Of a DNA stretch of 36,198 nt, positions 1-7,143 are shown piece after piece. The translations under genes were made by a program, and so were the position numbers. The notes below the pieces were generated by a model. It saw nothing but the letters and a program-made list of their open reading frames with translations, was not told the DNA's origin and did not search any database. Source of the stretch: Kiritimatiellia bacterium (lineage in GTDB: Bacteria; Verrucomicrobiota; Kiritimatiellia; RFP12; UBA3636); NCBI GenBank assembly GCA_051884735.1, contig JBJEVW010000263.1, positions 1-36,198 on the forward strand, given 5' to 3'. Position 1 is the first letter of the stretch. Each line of letters opens with the position of its first letter.

Positions 1-175
1 CTTTGTGGTTAAAAATATCGCGACCAAGATAATCGGCTGTCGGGCCTCCCGACCCTTTGTGTTCCTATCCAACCCGCCCCATCGCTCTTTGTGTTCCTTT
101 GTGGTTAAAAAAACGCGCACCCAAGATAATCGCCCGTGGCGGCTCGCCACTCGGGACTCCCGACCTTTGTGGCTC
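1..175 (+). repeat. Two tandem non-coding repeat units of about 96 bp (starting at 1 and 97). Each is built from CTTTGTG(G/T)T boxes, an A-run, CCAAGATAATCG and a short GC hairpin
   Basis: CTTTGTGGTT occurs at 1-10 and 97-106, with further CTTTGTG boxes at 55, 87 and 166. Hairpin GTCGGG-CCT-CCCGAC lies at 39-53. Unit 1 is about 85% identical by eye to the unit at 32462-32556. Translation gives only low-complexity nonsense. Confidence 0.7.
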
Positions 176-206
176 CCCGCACGCGGTAGAAGCTTTCCGC
201 GGCGGG

Positions 207-290
207 AATTGATTTTTTGCGATATGATTATTTTTTTAATAAAAAATATCTCTATAAATTTATTTCTTTATGATATTCTTGGGATAAACG
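207..290 (+). promoter_or_regulatory. Strongly AT-rich tract immediately upstream of the Y-family polymerase gene. Probable promoter region; exact -35/-10 not assignable
   Basis: aattgattttttgcgatatgattatttttttaataaaaaatatctctataaatttatttctttatgatattctt is over 80% A+T in a genome of about 60% GC. Several overlapping TTGnnn / TAnAAT-like hexamers are present, none uniquely convincing. Confidence 0.3.
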
Positions 291-322
291 CACCGCATTT
301 GGATTTCTCTCTTTTTCCCACC

Positions 323-1831
323 ATGGACGACCGGGTCTGTTTCGCCATCGATTTGAAAAGTTTCTACGCTTCCGTCGAATGCCGGGAGCGCGGACTCGAT
401 CCGCTCGATGCGCTTCTCGTCGTGGCGGACGAAAAGCGCACCGACAAAACCATTTGTCTGGCGGTGACGGCGGCCCTCAAGCAATTCGGCGTCCGCAACC
501 GTTGCCGCCTCTTCGAAGCACGCCAAGCTTGCCGAGCCATCAACACGGCCCGCCTCGCAAATACCCGCGGCGGTCGCTTTTCCGGCACGTCCTCCTCTGC
601 TGCCGAACTGACGGCACACCCCGATTGGTCGCTTTCGATGATCGTCGCGCCACCCCACATGGCGCGCTATATCCAATATAGCGCGAAAATCTATTCAGTT
701 TATGCCGGATTTGTCGCGCCGGAGGACATTCTCGTCTATTCCATCGACGAGGTTTTCATGGATCTCACGCGATACCGGCGATTCTACGGCGACAAGACGC
801 CGGAGCAGCTCGCGCGTGAAATCGTGCAGGCCGTTTTCCGGGAGACGGGAATCACGGCAACGGTCGGGATCGGATCCAACTTTTTTCTGGCCAAAGTGGC
901 CATGGATATTCTCGCCAAACACATGCAACCCGATGGACAAGGCGCCCGGATTGCGACCTTGACCGAAGAAAGCTTTCGCCGCACCCTCTGGACGCATCGC
1001 CCGCTGACCGATTTTTGGAGAATCGGACCCGGCATCGCAAACCGGCTCGAATCGCATGGAATGTTTACCCTCGGCGACATTGCCCGCACCTCCCTCCGGC
1101 AAAGCCCGTATCTGTATCGTCTTTTCGGGAAAAACGCCGAGCTCTTGATCGACCATGCATGGGGGCGGGAACCTTGCACCATGGAAGCCATCAAGCAGTA
1201 TCGTCCATCCAATCGCTGCCTGAACAACGGGCAGGTTCTCTCCCGGCCATACGCCGCAGAAGAAGCGCGGCTTGTCTTGCGGGAAATGGCCGACCAATTG
1301 TCGCTCCGTCTTGTCGAAAACGATGTTCTGGCCGGAAAGATCGGCGTTTCCATCGGTTACGAACAGGTATCCATGCGGAACCGCGCCCTGCCGGAGCGCT
1401 TTGTCTCCGGCCATTGCGGGCCCATCATGCCACCTCCCTCGCAAGGGGTTTACCGATTCCCTGCCCCGACATCCTCGACCAGGCTTTTTCTGCAAGCTGC
1501 CGATTCGCTCTTTGATCAAGTTGCCGACCGGGCATTTCCGGTCCGGCGGCTCAATCTCACGGCGTTCGATCTTGTTTCGCCGGAAAAGGCCGCAACCGGC
1601 AATGCCGTCCATGAAACATTCGAGCAACTTGATTTTTTCGTGGATACGGATGCCATGAACCGCGCCCGGAAAGAAGAGGCAGAATGCCGCCTGCGGGAGC
1701 ACAACCTGCAAAAATCGATTCTCTCCCTTCAAAAGAAATACGGGAAAAACGCCATTTTGCGCGGCATGAATTTGCAAGAAGGCGCAACGGGGCGGGAGCG
1801 GAATCTGCAAATCGGAGGCCATCAAGCATGA
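323..1831 (+). CDS. Y-family (UmuC/ImpB/DinB-like) translesion DNA polymerase, 502 aa
   Basis: The first ATG in the 5..1831 frame is at 323 and gives MDDRVCFAIDLKSFYASVECRERGLDPL. The DLKSFYASVE, SIDEVFMDLT and GIGSNFFLAKVA motifs are typical of Y-family polymerase palm/finger domains. The upstream 106 codons of the ORF run through non-coding repeats and the AT-rich tract, so I exclude them. Confidence 0.9.
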   Translation: MDDRVCFAIDLKSFYASVECRERGLDPLDALLVVADEKRTDKTICLAVTAALKQFGVRNRCRLFEARQACRAINTARLANTRGGRFSGTSSSAAELTAHPDWSLSMIVAPPHMARYIQYSAKIYSVYAGFVAPEDILVYSIDEVFMDLTRYRRFYGDKTPEQLAREIVQAVFRETGITATVGIGSNFFLAKVAMDILAKHMQPDGQGARIATLTEESFRRTLWTHRPLTDFWRIGPGIANRLESHGMFTLGDIARTSLRQSPYLYRLFGKNAELLIDHAWGREPCTMEAIKQYRPSNRCLNNGQVLSRPYAAEEARLVLREMADQLSLRLVENDVLAGKIGVSIGYEQVSMRNRALPERFVSGHCGPIMPPPSQGVYRFPAPTSSTRLFLQAADSLFDQVADRAFPVRRLNLTAFDLVSPEKAATGNAVHETFEQLDFFVDTDAMNRARKEEAECRLREHNLQKSILSLQKKYGKNAILRGMNLQEGATGRERNLQIGGHQA

Positions 1832-2019
1832 ACGACACCTACGAAGACATCCTATTCGCCGAACCGCCGAAAGCACCGCATCCCATGCCGCACATCGAAC
1901 GGGCCGCGCAATTTTCGCCCTTTGCCGCCTTGACCGGCTTTGAAGAAACCATCGAGTCAATCCGGACGGAGCTTTCCTCGCGGGAATGGGACGTCGTCAT
2001 TCCCATTCCCGACTGGTAG
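1828..2019 (+). CDS. Short YolD-like accessory protein of the Y-family polymerase cassette, 63 aa, possibly C-terminally truncated relative to the family
   Basis: ATG 1828-1830 overlaps the polymerase stop (ATGA). The product is MNDTYEDILFAEPPKAPHPMPHIERAAQFSPFAALTGFEETIE... The RAAQFSPFAALTG(F/Y) core matches what I recall of YolD-like proteins encoded just downstream of Firmicute-type Y-family polymerases. The family assignment is from memory only. Confidence 0.6.
   Translation: MNDTYEDILFAEPPKAPHPMPHIERAAQFSPFAALTGFEETIESIRTELSSREWDVVIPIPDW
1981..2011. repeat. Perfect 11-bp-stem / 9-nt-loop inverted repeat embedded in the last codons of the yolD-like gene
   Basis: CGGGAATGGGA (1981-1991), cgtcgtcat, TCCCATTCCCG (2001-2011). 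An identical copy lies at 6109-6139. Confidence 0.85.
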
Positions 2020-2339
2020 ACGCGCCGATGGGGACCTTCCTCGCACAACGGACCGAGCACGATCGCCGAAAATCCGCGAATCATGGTCAGAACGCGTCGC
2101 CGCAAACGACCATTCGGTATTCATGATATCGTTTTTTCTCCCACGACAGCGTTACAACGATATCCACGAGACCGTTCCGCGGATAGCACTACCGGGCGGT
2201 GACCGATGTCGCCTCCATTTCCACGGCGGCAAAGGCGCTTCCCATCACGGCGAAACACAATCGACATGCGATCAGGCGTTTCATGTGCATTTTCCTTCGC
2301 CTGCGTCTATTCAGGATATACACCGCCGATCAGCGCCGT

Positions 2340-3964
2340 GAAAGACGGCTTACAGCGCGCAGCTGTCGGCATCGACGAGCTGGCGCGTCTTGGAGTCGAA
2401 GCAAAGTCCGACGCCCCAGATCGGTACGCCTTGGGCGCGATAGGGTTCGGCGTAGCCTTTGTCTTTGATCTGCCGGAGTGCTTCGTCGGCGGACTGGTCG
2501 ACCTTCAGCTCGAAGATGAAAACGCCGTTGGGGCCGGTCGCAATCAGGTCGCTCCGCCCGGCGGTGTGCGCCGCTTCGACATCGTAGCGAAAGCCTTGCG
2601 CGGCCAAAAGCATGCACAGCGGGCGCGTATACGAAAACTCGTTCTTGCGCTCGAAAGCCTCGTGCGAACCGTAAGGCAGTTTTGCATAGAGCGCCTTCAG
2701 CCCGGAGAAGAACTCGCCCCACCTGCCGGCGCGCAGCTTGATGCCGAGCGAAGACGACCACTGCGCGTCCTTGCCGGCATACGCGCCGGCCAGGAGCGCC
2801 GCCATATCCTGGCGCACCTCTTCATCGGGTACGCGCAGCGTATACAAACCGCTGGAATAATCGGCGATTGTCAGATAGCCCGTCTGATAGAGCATCCCGA
2901 TCGGCGGAATGTCCGTAATGTTCGATACGTCGAAGTCGGACTCGCCGGCGCTGATCGTTCCGTCGAGATCGATCGAGACAAGTCCCTCTCGCTTGAGGTA
3001 GTTCATCAGCATCGACGGACGTCCCGTCGCCGTCCACGAGGCAGAAAGCCGCGGCGCATCGGAAACGAGCGTCAACGAAATCGATACCGGGTTGTAAACC
3101 GTAAGCGGAGTGTCGATGGCGAAGCGATAGCCGTTGAACCAGCGCTTCAGTTCGGCTCGGAATGCGGCGTAATCAAGGCCCATACGCCCGGCCTTGATGC
3201 GCATATGATCCTCGAAGTTCGCGGTCAGTTCTTCTTCGGTATAGCCGTAGAGCGCGGCGTACTTGCTGTCAAACGAAATGTCGTTGAGACTCGACAGACA
3301 CGAAAAGACCGAAAGCTTGGTGAATTTGGAAACGCCGGTAATGAACAAAAAACGAATCTTGTCGGAGTTGTCCTTGAACTGGGCGTAGATGGCCGCGAGT
3401 TTGGTGCGAATCGCTTCGGCCAGCTCGACATTGGCGATGGTCTTGGCAACCGGGTCGTCGTACTCATCGATCAGAATTACGCATCCTTTGCCGGACTGTC
3501 TGTAAAAACAGTCGATTGCCGCCGACAGATTGTCCGATGGCAGTTTCGACTCGTCATAGGCATAACCGGACTTGGCAAGCGCGACGCAAACGCAGTTTTT
3601 CAGCGAGGAATCAAACGCTTCAAGACTCTCGACATTAACGCCACCCCAATTGAAATGGATGACGGTGTGCGGCCGCCAGTCGTAATCGGTCTTGGCGATG
3701 GCGAGATCGGCAAAATACTCGCGATGGCCGAGAAATATCGATTTGAGCGTCGTCACGCTCAGCGACTTGCCGAAGCGCCGCGGCCGGGCGCAGAAATAAT
3801 ATTTCTTGCTCGGGTCGGTCATGAGCTGATGCAGATAAGCAGTCTTATCCACATAAATCTGCCCCGCCTTTCTCAACGTCTCGAAATCGGCAATGTCTGT
3901 CGCAATCGGTTTTGTCATACCGCACATGATATCAAAATAATCTGCCTGACGAAAGCGATGAAGC
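2340..3964. repeat. Copy A of a 1,625-bp direct duplication (partner 4352-5976, offset 2012 bp)
   Basis: All six-frame ORF translations across the two copies are identical except one residue. At nucleotide level I find one difference (C at 3923 versus T at 5935). Sequences diverge left of about 2340/4352 and right of 3964/5976. Confidence 0.9.
2350..3918 (-). CDS. Predicted AAA-ATPase (PF09820-like) fused to a C-terminal PD-(D/E)xK nuclease-fold domain (PF08011-like), copy 1, 522 aa
   Basis: MTKPIATDIADFETLRKAGQIYVDKTAYLHQL...YYFCARPRRFGKSLSVTTL is the N-terminal signature with a P-loop-like RPRRFGKS. VILIDEYDDP is Walker-B-like. The C-terminal GRSDLIATGPNGVFIFELKVDQSADEALRQIKDKGY is a D...E-x-K nuclease motif. 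The start could alternatively be the ATG at 3927 (MCGM...). Confidence 0.85.
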   Translation of the reverse strand: MTKPIATDIADFETLRKAGQIYVDKTAYLHQLMTDPSKKYYFCARPRRFGKSLSVTTLKSIFLGHREYFADLAIAKTDYDWRPHTVIHFNWGGVNVESLEAFDSSLKNCVCVALAKSGYAYDESKLPSDNLSAAIDCFYRQSGKGCVILIDEYDDPVAKTIANVELAEAIRTKLAAIYAQFKDNSDKIRFLFITGVSKFTKLSVFSCLSSLNDISFDSKYAALYGYTEEELTANFEDHMRIKAGRMGLDYAAFRAELKRWFNGYRFAIDTPLTVYNPVSISLTLVSDAPRLSASWTATGRPSMLMNYLKREGLVSIDLDGTISAGESDFDVSNITDIPPIGMLYQTGYLTIADYSSGLYTLRVPDEEVRQDMAALLAGAYAGKDAQWSSSLGIKLRAGRWGEFFSGLKALYAKLPYGSHEAFERKNEFSYTRPLCMLLAAQGFRYDVEAAHTAGRSDLIATGPNGVFIFELKVDQSADEALRQIKDKGYAEPYRAQGVPIWGVGLCFDSKTRQLVDADSCAL

Positions 3965-4351
3965 AGACCGGCAAATGAGGCGGAATGGATCGAATACGCG
4001 CACATTTTCGCGCGCTATTGGGCAGATCCTCGAAAAGACCGGACAGACTGGCCGCTAGCGGCCATTGTGTTCCCGGCTGAAATTGTCCGAATCGAAGTAG
4101 AGGTCCCGTGCGCTACCCGAATAGTCCGAATCCGGCGAAGAAGAACAATCGTTGCCGTCGCCGGACGAAAATTCAAATAACGCACCACCCGCACCCGCAA
4201 CCCGGCCATTATTGTTCTTGTTGCGCTGATACCCCACCGTGTCGCCCCACCAGAAGCAGTAGCAACCACTTTTCGGGCATGATCGCACCAGCATTGCATT
4301 CGACCCGATAAGGACCATTCTCCCAGAGCTGCACACCGCCGGCCAGGCCGT

Positions 4352-5976
4352 GGAAGACGGCTTACAGCGCGCAGCTGTCGGCATCGACGAGCTGGCGCGT
4401 CTTGGAGTCGAAGCAAAGTCCGACGCCCCAGATCGGTACGCCTTGGGCGCGATAGGGTTCGGCGTAGCCTTTGTCTTTGATCTGCCGGAGTGCTTCGTCG
4501 GCGGACTGGTCGACCTTCAGCTCGAAGATGAAAACGCCGTTGGGGCCGGTCGCAATCAGGTCGCTCCGCCCGGCGGTGTGCGCCGCTTCGACATCGTAGC
4601 GAAAGCCTTGCGCGGCCAAAAGCATGCACAGCGGGCGCGTATACGAAAACTCGTTCTTGCGCTCGAAAGCCTCGTGCGAACCGTAAGGCAGTTTTGCATA
4701 GAGCGCCTTCAGCCCGGAGAAGAACTCGCCCCACCTGCCGGCGCGCAGCTTGATGCCGAGCGAAGACGACCACTGCGCGTCCTTGCCGGCATACGCGCCG
4801 GCCAGGAGCGCCGCCATATCCTGGCGCACCTCTTCATCGGGTACGCGCAGCGTATACAAACCGCTGGAATAATCGGCGATTGTCAGATAGCCCGTCTGAT
4901 AGAGCATCCCGATCGGCGGAATGTCCGTAATGTTCGATACGTCGAAGTCGGACTCGCCGGCGCTGATCGTTCCGTCGAGATCGATCGAGACAAGTCCCTC
5001 TCGCTTGAGGTAGTTCATCAGCATCGACGGACGTCCCGTCGCCGTCCACGAGGCAGAAAGCCGCGGCGCATCGGAAACGAGCGTCAACGAAATCGATACC
5101 GGGTTGTAAACCGTAAGCGGAGTGTCGATGGCGAAGCGATAGCCGTTGAACCAGCGCTTCAGTTCGGCTCGGAATGCGGCGTAATCAAGGCCCATACGCC
5201 CGGCCTTGATGCGCATATGATCCTCGAAGTTCGCGGTCAGTTCTTCTTCGGTATAGCCGTAGAGCGCGGCGTACTTGCTGTCAAACGAAATGTCGTTGAG
5301 ACTCGACAGACACGAAAAGACCGAAAGCTTGGTGAATTTGGAAACGCCGGTAATGAACAAAAAACGAATCTTGTCGGAGTTGTCCTTGAACTGGGCGTAG
5401 ATGGCCGCGAGTTTGGTGCGAATCGCTTCGGCCAGCTCGACATTGGCGATGGTCTTGGCAACCGGGTCGTCGTACTCATCGATCAGAATTACGCATCCTT
5501 TGCCGGACTGTCTGTAAAAACAGTCGATTGCCGCCGACAGATTGTCCGATGGCAGTTTCGACTCGTCATAGGCATAACCGGACTTGGCAAGCGCGACGCA
5601 AACGCAGTTTTTCAGCGAGGAATCAAACGCTTCAAGACTCTCGACATTAACGCCACCCCAATTGAAATGGATGACGGTGTGCGGCCGCCAGTCGTAATCG
5701 GTCTTGGCGATGGCGAGATCGGCAAAATACTCGCGATGGCCGAGAAATATCGATTTGAGCGTCGTCACGCTCAGCGACTTGCCGAAGCGCCGCGGCCGGG
5801 CGCAGAAATAATATTTCTTGCTCGGGTCGGTCATGAGCTGATGCAGATAAGCAGTCTTATCCACATAAATCTGCCCCGCCTTTCTCAACGTCTCGAAATC
5901 GGCAATGTCTGTCGCAATCGGTTTTGTCATACCGTACATGATATCAAAATAATCTGCCTGACGAAAGCGATGAAGC
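4352..5976. repeat. Copy B of the 1,625-bp direct duplication
   Basis: See copy A. The two copies are separated by a unique 387-bp spacer (3965-4351). Confidence 0.9.
4362..5930 (-). CDS. Predicted AAA-ATPase + PD-(D/E)xK nuclease-fold protein, copy 2, 522 aa, protein identical to copy 1
   Basis: Translation from MTKPIATD (ATG ending at 5930) is the same as copy 1. The 655-aa track ORF extends upstream through a mosaic scar and into the alpha-E gene in another frame, so I reject that extension. Confidence 0.85.
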   Translation of the reverse strand: MTKPIATDIADFETLRKAGQIYVDKTAYLHQLMTDPSKKYYFCARPRRFGKSLSVTTLKSIFLGHREYFADLAIAKTDYDWRPHTVIHFNWGGVNVESLEAFDSSLKNCVCVALAKSGYAYDESKLPSDNLSAAIDCFYRQSGKGCVILIDEYDDPVAKTIANVELAEAIRTKLAAIYAQFKDNSDKIRFLFITGVSKFTKLSVFSCLSSLNDISFDSKYAALYGYTEEELTANFEDHMRIKAGRMGLDYAAFRAELKRWFNGYRFAIDTPLTVYNPVSISLTLVSDAPRLSASWTATGRPSMLMNYLKREGLVSIDLDGTISAGESDFDVSNITDIPPIGMLYQTGYLTIADYSSGLYTLRVPDEEVRQDMAALLAGAYAGKDAQWSSSLGIKLRAGRWGEFFSGLKALYAKLPYGSHEAFERKNEFSYTRPLCMLLAAQGFRYDVEAAHTAGRSDLIATGPNGVFIFELKVDQSADEALRQIKDKGYAEPYRAQGVPIWGVGLCFDSKTRQLVDADSCAL

Positions 5977-5980
5977 CGGC

Positions 5981-6040
5981 GCGCAGACATTTGAAGGAAT
6001 GCGCAAGGCGCTGCACCTTCTGCGCCCGGAACGATTCGGG
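5981..6040 (-). pseudogene. 60-bp fragment homologous to codons of the 715-aa ATP-grasp/alpha-E fusion gene (matches 11249-11308)
   Basis: 54 of 60 nt are identical and the last 33 nt are identical (cgctgcaccttctgcgcccggaacgattcggg). It reads PESFRAQKVQRLAHSFKCLR versus PESFRAQKVQRLAHFFKRLR in the intact gene. Confidence 0.75.
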
Positions 6041-6165
6041 TTTTAGCCTTTGCCGCCTTGACCGGGTTCGAAGAAACCATCGAATCAATCCGGACCGGGC
6101 TCTCCACGCGGGAATGGGACGTCGTCATTCCCATTCCCGACTGGTAGACAAAGCGCCGCAATCGC
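6041..6165 (+). pseudogene. Orphan 3-prime fragment of a yolD-like gene plus its downstream flank (diverged copy of 1912-2035)
   Basis: It encodes FAALTGFEETIESIRTGLSTREWDVVIPIPDW-stop versus FAALTGFEETIESIRTELSSREWDVVIPIPDW-stop in the intact gene. It has no start codon or N-terminal half. Identity is about 90% at nucleotide level by eye, and the last 45 nt are identical. Confidence 0.8.
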
Positions 6166-6171
6166 CACCCC

Positions 6172-7101
6172 TTAACGGAAAAAATCCGACCAGATTGCGC
6201 GGGTAAGTTCGCCGAGTTCGATCTGGAACGCATCGATAAACTCGTGCAGACCCTTGTCGATGATTTCATCGATGGTGGCAAACTCGAACCGGGCATGGAG
6301 ACGTCCGGCCAGGCGCAACGATTCGACATCGGCGCGCGTGGTACCGGCGACCATGCGCAGTGCGCCGGTGACGACCTTCATCGCGTAGCGGACCGAACGG
6401 GGAAAGTCGGCCGACAGAAGCAAGAACTGCGCAACGTGGCGCGGCGTCACGTCCGAATACTCCTTGCGGTACATCTGATAGGCCGAGCACGATTTCAAAA
6501 GTGCCGTCCACTGCACGGTATCGAGCTGCATGCCGACCATCGAGACGTCGGGGAGGAGAATGTAGTACTTCGTATCAAGGATGCGGCTCGTCTGGTCGGC
6601 CCGCTCGATCATCCGGCCAAGGCGCGCGAAATTCCACGCTTCGTCGTGGTTGAGCGTCGACTGCATGATGCCGACGACGAGCTGGCTGAATTCCTTGACG
6701 CGGTCGAAGAAGTCGTGGGGGTTCTCCAGCATCTTCTTCGGCGCGGCGGGGTCGGACAGCGCGAGATGGAAATGGTTGACGACCGTCCACAATTCGCTCG
6801 GAATATGTTCGCGGACGGTGCGCGCGTTCTCTCGCGCGGCCGCCACATCGCACACGATGCTCGAGGGGTTGTCCGCATCGAAGGCGAGAAAGGTGAGGGC
6901 ATTTTCGAGCGTGGCGCGGGTATACTTCGCGAAGAAGCGGTCCGCGTCGCCGCCGGTGCGGATGACGGGATCCCACGGACGCTCCTCGCCGGGCAGGTCG
7001 AGCTGCAGCTGCAGGTTGACATCGACCGTCCGGGCGACGTTTTCGGCCCGCTCGATGTAGCGTCCCAGCCAATAGATCGAATCGGCGACTCGTGATAGCA
7101 T
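6172..7101 (-). CDS. Alpha-E domain protein (DUF403 / COG2307), 309 aa
   Basis: MLSRVADSIYWLGRYIERAENVARTVDVNLQL carries the classic N-terminal GRYxERAE motif. A second GRMIERAD motif is also present. ATG start verified. Confidence 0.92.
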   Translation of the reverse strand: MLSRVADSIYWLGRYIERAENVARTVDVNLQLQLDLPGEERPWDPVIRTGGDADRFFAKYTRATLENALTFLAFDADNPSSIVCDVAAARENARTVREHIPSELWTVVNHFHLALSDPAAPKKMLENPHDFFDRVKEFSQLVVGIMQSTLNHDEAWNFARLGRMIERADQTSRILDTKYYILLPDVSMVGMQLDTVQWTALLKSCSAYQMYRKEYSDVTPRHVAQFLLLSADFPRSVRYAMKVVTGALRMVAGTTRADVESLRLAGRLHARFEFATIDEIIDKGLHEFIDAFQIELGELTRAIWSDFFR

Positions 7102-7143
7102 GGTCAGTACCTCCTATAAAGTTGTCTGATTATCTGCGTCGGG

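Noticed and set aside
1-290. Replication origin hypothesis: TGTGGTTAA / TGTGGTAAA boxes resembling the DnaA box TGTGGATAA, lying next to an 80-bp AT-rich tract that could be a DNA-unwinding element.
   Set aside because: The boxes differ from the consensus at 1-2 positions. The dominant box is TGTGTTCC, which is not DnaA-like. No dnaA, dnaN or gidA is nearby. The same units recur at 32.4 kb without an AT-rich unwinding tract. The AT-rich tract is explained more simply as the polymerase promoter. This cannot be excluded without a genome-wide GC-skew analysis.
5-322. N-terminal extensions of track ORFs. These are 5..322 of the polymerase ORF, 5931..6329 of AAA-ATPase copy 2, 9507..10052 of the transglutaminase ORF, 17148..17672 of folD, 19699..19896 of the AI-2E ORF, and the upstream parts of the rplF, rplX, rpmC and rpsL ORFs.
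   Set aside because: The extensions run through non-coding repeats, terminators or neighbouring genes in other frames. Internal ATG codons reproduce the canonical N-termini of each family. The track also counts GTG/TTG as starts, which inflates ORF length.
180-322. LexA/SOS operator upstream of the Y-family polymerase.
   Set aside because: I found no GAAC-N4-GTTC, CTGT-N8-ACAG, GTTC-N7-GTTC or TGTTC-N4-GAACA palindrome. The TGTTC pentamers in the repeat units are direct repeats, not inverted.
2189-2284. 31-codon minus-strand ORF MKRLIACRLCFAVMGSAFAAVEMEATSVTAR that looks like a signal peptide. It is followed after a TAG by a further open stretch (...NGLVDIVVTLSWEKKRYHEYRMVVCGDAF).
   Set aside because: It is too short and is interrupted by a stop. 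It could be the decayed 5-prime end of a secreted-protein gene destroyed by the rearrangement, but the sequence gives no family assignment, so it is not reported as a feature.
2206-3978. Very long ORFs antisense to confidently assigned genes. These are 2206..3978+, 4350..6206+, 6244..7095+, 7147..8631+, 9533..11827+ (764 aa), 13147..14439+, 14385..17180+ (931 aa), 17165..18490+, 19855..20817+, 27225..28583+ and 29035..29973+.
   Set aside because: They are typical shadow ORFs of GC-rich DNA. Their translations are Arg/Gly/Ala/Asp-rich low-complexity sequence with no recognisable motifs. The opposite strand encodes proteins with clear family signatures such as r-proteins, FolD, DapL and the ATP-grasp protein.
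4055-4351. ORF in the unique spacer between the two duplicated copies (...CYCFWWGDTVGYQRNKNNNGRVAGAGGALFEFSSGDGNDCSSSPDSDYSGSARDLYFDSDNFSREHNGR).
   Set aside because: Its upstream part lies inside duplicated copy B, on the same strand as the real gene but in another frame. It has no plausible start or RBS within the spacer, its composition is low-complexity, and it has no recognisable motif. It may be a gene remnant but is unsupported.
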